Below are positions 60,767-64,000 of a stretch of 64,000 nt of DNA, one piece after another (within the stretch, counting starts at the first letter, position 1; every line of letters starts with the position of its first letter). This stretch comes from a virus, in the IMG/VR virus record IMGVR_UViG_3300032236_001771, positions 36,077 through 100,076 of that record; one strand, 5' to 3'. A program made the translations under genes and the position numbers. The notes under the pieces were generated by a model, which had not been told where the DNA came from, ran no database searches, and was given only the letters and a program-made list of their open reading frames with translations.

Positions 60767-61147
60767 ATGAAAACATTCTCTGAATTTATTAATGAATCAA
60801 AAGGATATGAAGATCATGAAGTATCAATGATTCGTGCACAGCTTCATTCTATTAAAAATTCTTGTGAAACATTAATGTCTCATATGCAAGGTGAAGAGAG
60901 AGATATAGAAGCTTGGGTTCAAGCAAAGATTACAAGAGCAGAAGAAGAACTTCATGCTGCTGCCAATTATATTGATAGTGGTGAATCAGTTTCAGAATCT
61001 GCAGTTCCTGAAAAACCTAGAGAAAGATTAAAAACTGATAGGGACATGTTCAACATTCCCAAGTCAGAACAAGATGCAGCAAGACAAAGAGCACTTGAAA
61101 AAGCTGCTGCTATGAGAGCAAAAAAAGGCATCACCAAAGAAACTTAA
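60767..61147 (+). CDS. Hypothetical protein
   Basis: 126 aa ORF, closely coupled to the upstream gene. No motif recognised. Confidence 0.45.
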   Translation: MKTFSEFINESKGYEDHEVSMIRAQLHSIKNSCETLMSHMQGEERDIEAWVQAKITRAEEELHAAANYIDSGESVSESAVPEKPRERLKTDRDMFNIPKSEQDAARQRALEKAAAMRAKKGITKET

Positions 61148-61152
61148 TATAA

Positions 61153-61296
61153 ATGATAACTTATCAGCAGTTTCTTTTTAAAGTTCAAGAAGCGTTTAAT
61201 GATATGGAAAATGGTGAAACTCCATCTGGGGGTACACCTTTAATTGATAGGGAATATAAATTAATTAAAAGCAAAAAGAAAAAAGTTAAATCTTAA
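61153..61296 (+). CDS. Small ORF (47 aa)
   Basis: Hand-translated MITYQQFLFKVQEAFNDMENGETPSGGTPLIDREYKLIKSKKKKVKS*. Its stop interlocks with the stop of the minus-strand ORF (TTAA). Confidence 0.3.
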   Translation: MITYQQFLFKVQEAFNDMENGETPSGGTPLIDREYKLIKSKKKKVKS

Positions 61297-61493
61297 TATT
61301 TTTTTTCTTGTTTGTGAATCCAAATTTTTAAATCTTTTGTATATTTTCTTAATATTTGTGCCTGTTCTTCATGCCAAACATCACCAGTTTGGATGAAGAA
61401 CTTTGTATGATTATCAATTGCTTTGAGAATATAATGGATAGAATCATTCCAAGCAATTCTATCTGGAGCATTGTATTCTCTTGGGCGAGTCAT
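61293..61493 (-). CDS. Hypothetical protein, the only convincing minus-strand gene in the window
   Basis: 66 aa with protein-like composition (MTRPREYNAPDRIAWNDSIHYILKAIDNHTKFFIQTGDVWHEEQAQILRKY...). On the minus strand, GAGG lies 5 nt before the ATG, with CTAAATAAATA and TATAAAT upstream. The overlapping + strand ORF looks like junk. Confidence 0.45.
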   Translation of the reverse strand: MTRPREYNAPDRIAWNDSIHYILKAIDNHTKFFIQTGDVWHEEQAQILRKYTKDLKIWIHKQEKKY

Positions 61494-61582
61494 ACAGCCT
61501 CGTCAATAATTTGGAGTGCATATTTATTTAGGTTTAATATGACATTTATAAAAAATAAATACTATTAAGTACGATCCATTCT

Positions 61583-61954
61583 ATGGAACTCTATGATTCC
61601 CCAGAAGGATATTTGTATAATCTTTATACAAGTTCTTCTGCAGAAGCAAAAAAACTTTGGAGGCAATCAATAAGAGAAAAATGGAATCATCAATGTGCTT
61701 ATTGTGGATCAGATAAAGATCTAACATTAGATCATATTATTCCTCAAGCAAAAGGAGGAAAAGATACAACAAAAAATGTACTTTGTTGTTGTCAAAAATG
61801 TAATAATTCAAAAGGACATACTGATTGGCAACTTTGGTATCGGGAACAATACTTTTATTGTGAAGGTAAAGAATTTATGATACATAAATGGATGGAGCCA
61901 GATCCACCTATAAATTTATATGAATATAAGCCCAGAAGAACTTTAAATAACTAA
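61583..61954 (+). CDS. HNH endonuclease
   Basis: 123 aa. CAYCGSDKDLTLDHIIPQAKGGKDTTKNVLCCCQKCNNSKGH is the classic HNH (CxxC...DH...N...CxxCN..K) motif. Confidence 0.8.
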   Translation: MELYDSPEGYLYNLYTSSSAEAKKLWRQSIREKWNHQCAYCGSDKDLTLDHIIPQAKGGKDTTKNVLCCCQKCNNSKGHTDWQLWYREQYFYCEGKEFMIHKWMEPDPPINLYEYKPRRTLNN

Positions 61955-62065
61955 ATGCATTTATGGAAGACTATCACAGTTTTGAGCCAATACTTAATCA
62001 AGTATTGGCAATTTTAATATCAATAGCAATTATTGCTATACCCATACTTATTTTATTATAATTTT

Positions 62066-62773
62066 ATGTATAATACCGTATTCATTTCTGATATACATTT
62101 AGGGACTTCTAGGTGTAATGTAGATAAATTTTTAAATTTTCTTAATACACTAGAAACAAAAAAACTTGTTATTGTTGGTGATTTTATTGATATCCATTGT
62201 ATGGAGAAATATAATAGTAATTGGACAAAAAAGCATACAATGGCGGTCAAAAAAGTTTTAGATTTATCTTTAAATGATATTGAAGTTGTTTATGTTATTG
62301 GTAATCATGATGAAGTAGTCCGAAATTATATTAAATATTTGCCTTTAAATGTTGGTAAAATTTCAATATGTGATCAGTATATTTTTGAAACAACTGGTAA
62401 AAAATATCTTTGTGATCATGGAGATAGAAATTCAAAATATTCTTCTGGTTCATGGAAACAAATTATTTTGAATTGGGGTTATGAATTTATTACACCAATT
62501 AATACTTTGACTAAAAAATATTTTAATTGGAGTTTTGTTAATTTTTTAAAGAACTTAAACCAAGCCAAAATTTATATTGATAATTATGAGAATGATGAAG
62601 TAAAATATGGCAAAAGTTTTGAGGGAATTTCTGGAATTATAACAGGACATATTCATCATTTAAATGTTAGAACTATAGATAATTTTGTCTATATAAACTG
62701 TGGAGATTGGTGTGATACTTGTTCATATATTGCCGAAATTAACGGCGAATTTTTACCAATTAAATTCCCTTGA
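62066..62773 (+). CDS. Calcineurin-like metallophosphoesterase (LpxH-like)
   Basis: Start re-set to ATG 62066. FISDIHLG, VIVGDFID, GNHD, DHGD and GHIHH occur in the canonical order. The arrangement resembles UDP-2,3-diacylglucosamine hydrolase LpxH. Confidence 0.7.
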   Translation: MYNTVFISDIHLGTSRCNVDKFLNFLNTLETKKLVIVGDFIDIHCMEKYNSNWTKKHTMAVKKVLDLSLNDIEVVYVIGNHDEVVRNYIKYLPLNVGKISICDQYIFETTGKKYLCDHGDRNSKYSSGSWKQIILNWGYEFITPINTLTKKYFNWSFVNFLKNLNQAKIYIDNYENDEVKYGKSFEGISGIITGHIHHLNVRTIDNFVYINCGDWCDTCSYIAEINGEFLPIKFP

Positions 62774-62798
62774 CACCAGGGACAATATGGTGTATAAT
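62770..62798 (+). promoter_or_regulatory. Host sigma70-type promoter TTGACA-N17-TATAAT
   Basis: TTGACA at 62770-62775 (overlapping the stop of the previous gene), 17-nt spacer, TATAAT at 62793-62798. Confidence 0.55.
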
Positions 62799-62823
62799 AA
62801 AATTTGAAACCCTAGGTTGATTT

Positions 62824-63474
62824 ATGAAAATTGTTTTTTGTTTGCCTGCATCTTCAGTATCTTCAAATTATTTCAATTGTTGGAATAATACTCTTGCTTA
62901 TATGGGAGCACAGGGGATTGAAGTTCAATATTCAATGTATGAAAATGCAATTGTTGCCTTTACTCGTAATGTAATTCTTGGTGCAAATAATCTTCGGGGA
63001 CAATATCAAATTCCCTTTAATGGTGAAGTTAAGTATGATTATTTGTTTTGGATTGATCATGACATTGTTTGGAAACCAGAACAGATTATGCAATTAATCA
63101 ATCATGATAAGGATATTATGAGTGGATGTTATATCACAACTGATAACAATCATTATCCTATTTGTCGTGATATGCGTGATGAAGTTTTAATTGAAAAAGG
63201 AAATTATTCTTTTATCAGTCGTAAAGAATTGGCGAAAGAGAAAAAGCCTTTTAAAGTTGATTATGTTGGATTTGGGTTTGTTGCTGTTAAATATGGAGTG
63301 TTTGAAAGTTTGTCCTATCCTTGGTTTGAACTTCCTACTCGTGATGTTGGTCATATTAGAGATATTACTAGTGAAGATGTTCATTGGTGTATGAAAATTC
63401 GTGAAAAAGGATTTGATATTCATGTAGACCCTTCTGTTATTGTTGGTCACGAAAAGAAAGTAGTTCTTCAATAA
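62824..63474 (+). CDS. Hypothetical protein, possibly a GT-A-fold glycosyltransferase
   Basis: 216 aa. FWIDHDIVW (DxD-like) and GFGFVAVKYGVFESL resemble GT2-like enzymes. This is a weak call. Confidence 0.35.
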   Translation: MKIVFCLPASSVSSNYFNCWNNTLAYMGAQGIEVQYSMYENAIVAFTRNVILGANNLRGQYQIPFNGEVKYDYLFWIDHDIVWKPEQIMQLINHDKDIMSGCYITTDNNHYPICRDMRDEVLIEKGNYSFISRKELAKEKKPFKVDYVGFGFVAVKYGVFESLSYPWFELPTRDVGHIRDITSEDVHWCMKIREKGFDIHVDPSVIVGHEKKVVLQ

Positions 63475-63481
63475 TTACTTC

Positions 63482-63500
63482 AGGGCGAAAGCCCTTTTTT
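63482..63500 (+). terminator. Rho-independent terminator butting against tRNA-Ser
   Basis: AGGGC-GAAA-GCCCT followed by T6. The next base is tRNA position 1. Confidence 0.65.
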
Positions 63501-63583
63501 GGAGAATAGCACGGATGGTCCGTAAATCGTCTTGAAAACGATGCCAGGTTAATAGCCCGATAGTTCAATTCTATTATTCTCCG
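63501..63583 (+). tRNA. tRNA-Ser (anticodon TGA), long variable arm
   Basis: GGAGAAT/ATTCTCC acceptor, ATCGT-CTTGAAA-ACGAT anticodon arm, 16-nt variable region, GATAG-TTCAATT-CTATT T-arm. The D-arm is atypical (ACGG/CCGT with a short loop). Confidence 0.68.
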
Positions 63584-63623
63584 CTTTCCCGATAGGGAAA
63601 TTAAAGTTTACTTAAACATTAAA

Positions 63624-63860
63624 ATGGATATTGTAATTTACTCTAAAGATGGTTGTCCCTATTGTGACAAAATCAAACAGATTTTTGAAATTAAAGGATG
63701 GGACTATGTAGAATATAAATTAGACAAGGATTTTACTAGAGAGCAATTTCTTTCCGAATTTTCCCCCCAACCGACCTTCCCACGTGTTATGATAGATGGG
63801 ACCCTAGTTGGTGGTTGTACAGAAACGGTTCAGTATTTGAAAGAACAAACCCTTATTTGA
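63624..63860 (+). CDS. Glutaredoxin (NrdC/Grx-like)
   Basis: 78 aa. IVIYSKDGCPYCDKIKQIF...FPRVMIDGTLVGGCTE, with a CPYC active site and a GG motif. Confidence 0.85.
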   Translation: MDIVIYSKDGCPYCDKIKQIFEIKGWDYVEYKLDKDFTREQFLSEFSPQPTFPRVMIDGTLVGGCTETVQYLKEQTLI

Positions 63861-63869
63861 GGATTTTTT

Positions 63870-64000
63870 ATGGTTATGAATCTTGTGGAAACACGCATTC
63901 AAGCGGTATCCGACATTGAAAGTTTTATTGATACTCAAATTGATAGTTTTTTAGTAGAAAAAAAGAAACCAAAATTCAGTTTTTACAAATACCTTAGTTC
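63870..64000 (+). CDS. 5' end of an ORF running off the window
   Basis: ATG at 63870, open to base 64000 (MVMNLVETRIQAVSDIESFIDTQIDSFLVEKKKPKFSFYKYLS...). No motif recognised. Confidence 0.4.
   Translation, partial: MVMNLVETRIQAVSDIESFIDTQIDSFLVEKKKPKFSFYKYLS

Noticed and set aside
61963-62061. 32-aa hydrophobic mini-ORF (MEDYHSFEPILNQVLAILISIAIIAIPILILL) between the HNH and phosphoesterase genes
   Set aside because: It is too short, has no clear RBS and could easily arise by chance in AT-rich DNA. It is noted only as a possible membrane peptide.
1-64000. CRISPR arrays, integrase/att sites, transposase-type mobile elements
   Set aside because: I found no regularly spaced direct repeats, no integrase- or transposase-like ORFs and no long terminal inverted repeats. 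The mobile-looking content is limited to free-standing nuclease genes.

Overview
This window reads as a T4-like cyanomyovirus (Prochlorococcus/Synechococcus phage type). It is visibly AT-rich, and essentially everything is coded on the + strand. Bases 1-38,900 are a syntenic T4 core. The structural genes are gp16, gp17, gp18, gp19, gp20, gp21, gp22, gp23 and gp3. The replication and recombination genes are uvsY, uvsW, gp55, gp47, gp46, gp45, gp44, gp62, regA, gp43, uvsX, gp41, gp61, nrdA and nrdB. Cyanophage extras are interspersed: hsp20, mazG and a 2OG-Fe(II) oxygenase. Bases 38,900-64,000 are a hyperplastic accessory region. It holds 8 tRNA genes plus a tRNA-Pro 5' remnant, and five free-standing nuclease genes (GIY-YIG, a frameshifted HNH, two Endo VII-type, one HNH). 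It also holds small antitoxin-fold ORFs with no toxin partner, two signal-peptide envelope proteins (RlpA-like, and an SLH-porin-like protein with atypically high GC) and a Dps-like ferritin. An approximately 9.3 kb, 11-gene sugar-nucleotide/glycosyltransferase operon runs gmd, fcl-like, ColD-like, GT10, then GT25 paralogs. The rest comprises psbA with a sharply bounded GC3-rich internal patch, two hli genes, a GH19 lysozyme, an LpxH-like phosphoesterase and a glutaredoxin. The regulatory grammar is readable by eye. About ten host-type TTGACA-N17-TATAAT promoters, T4-type TATAAATA late promoters and many hairpin terminators are present. The most interesting signals are listed here. (a) A tRNA-Pro remnant, a frameshifted HNH gene and an intact tRNA-Pro lie in a row. 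(b) An Endo VII-type gene ends with a copy of the lysozyme gene's 3' end. (c) Inverted repeats enclose late promoters upstream of two nuclease genes. (d) psbA is mosaic. (e) The glycan operon may make GDP-colitose. (f) Orphan antitoxin-like ORFs are embedded among the tRNAs. All functional calls come from motif recognition by eye, and no database search was run.
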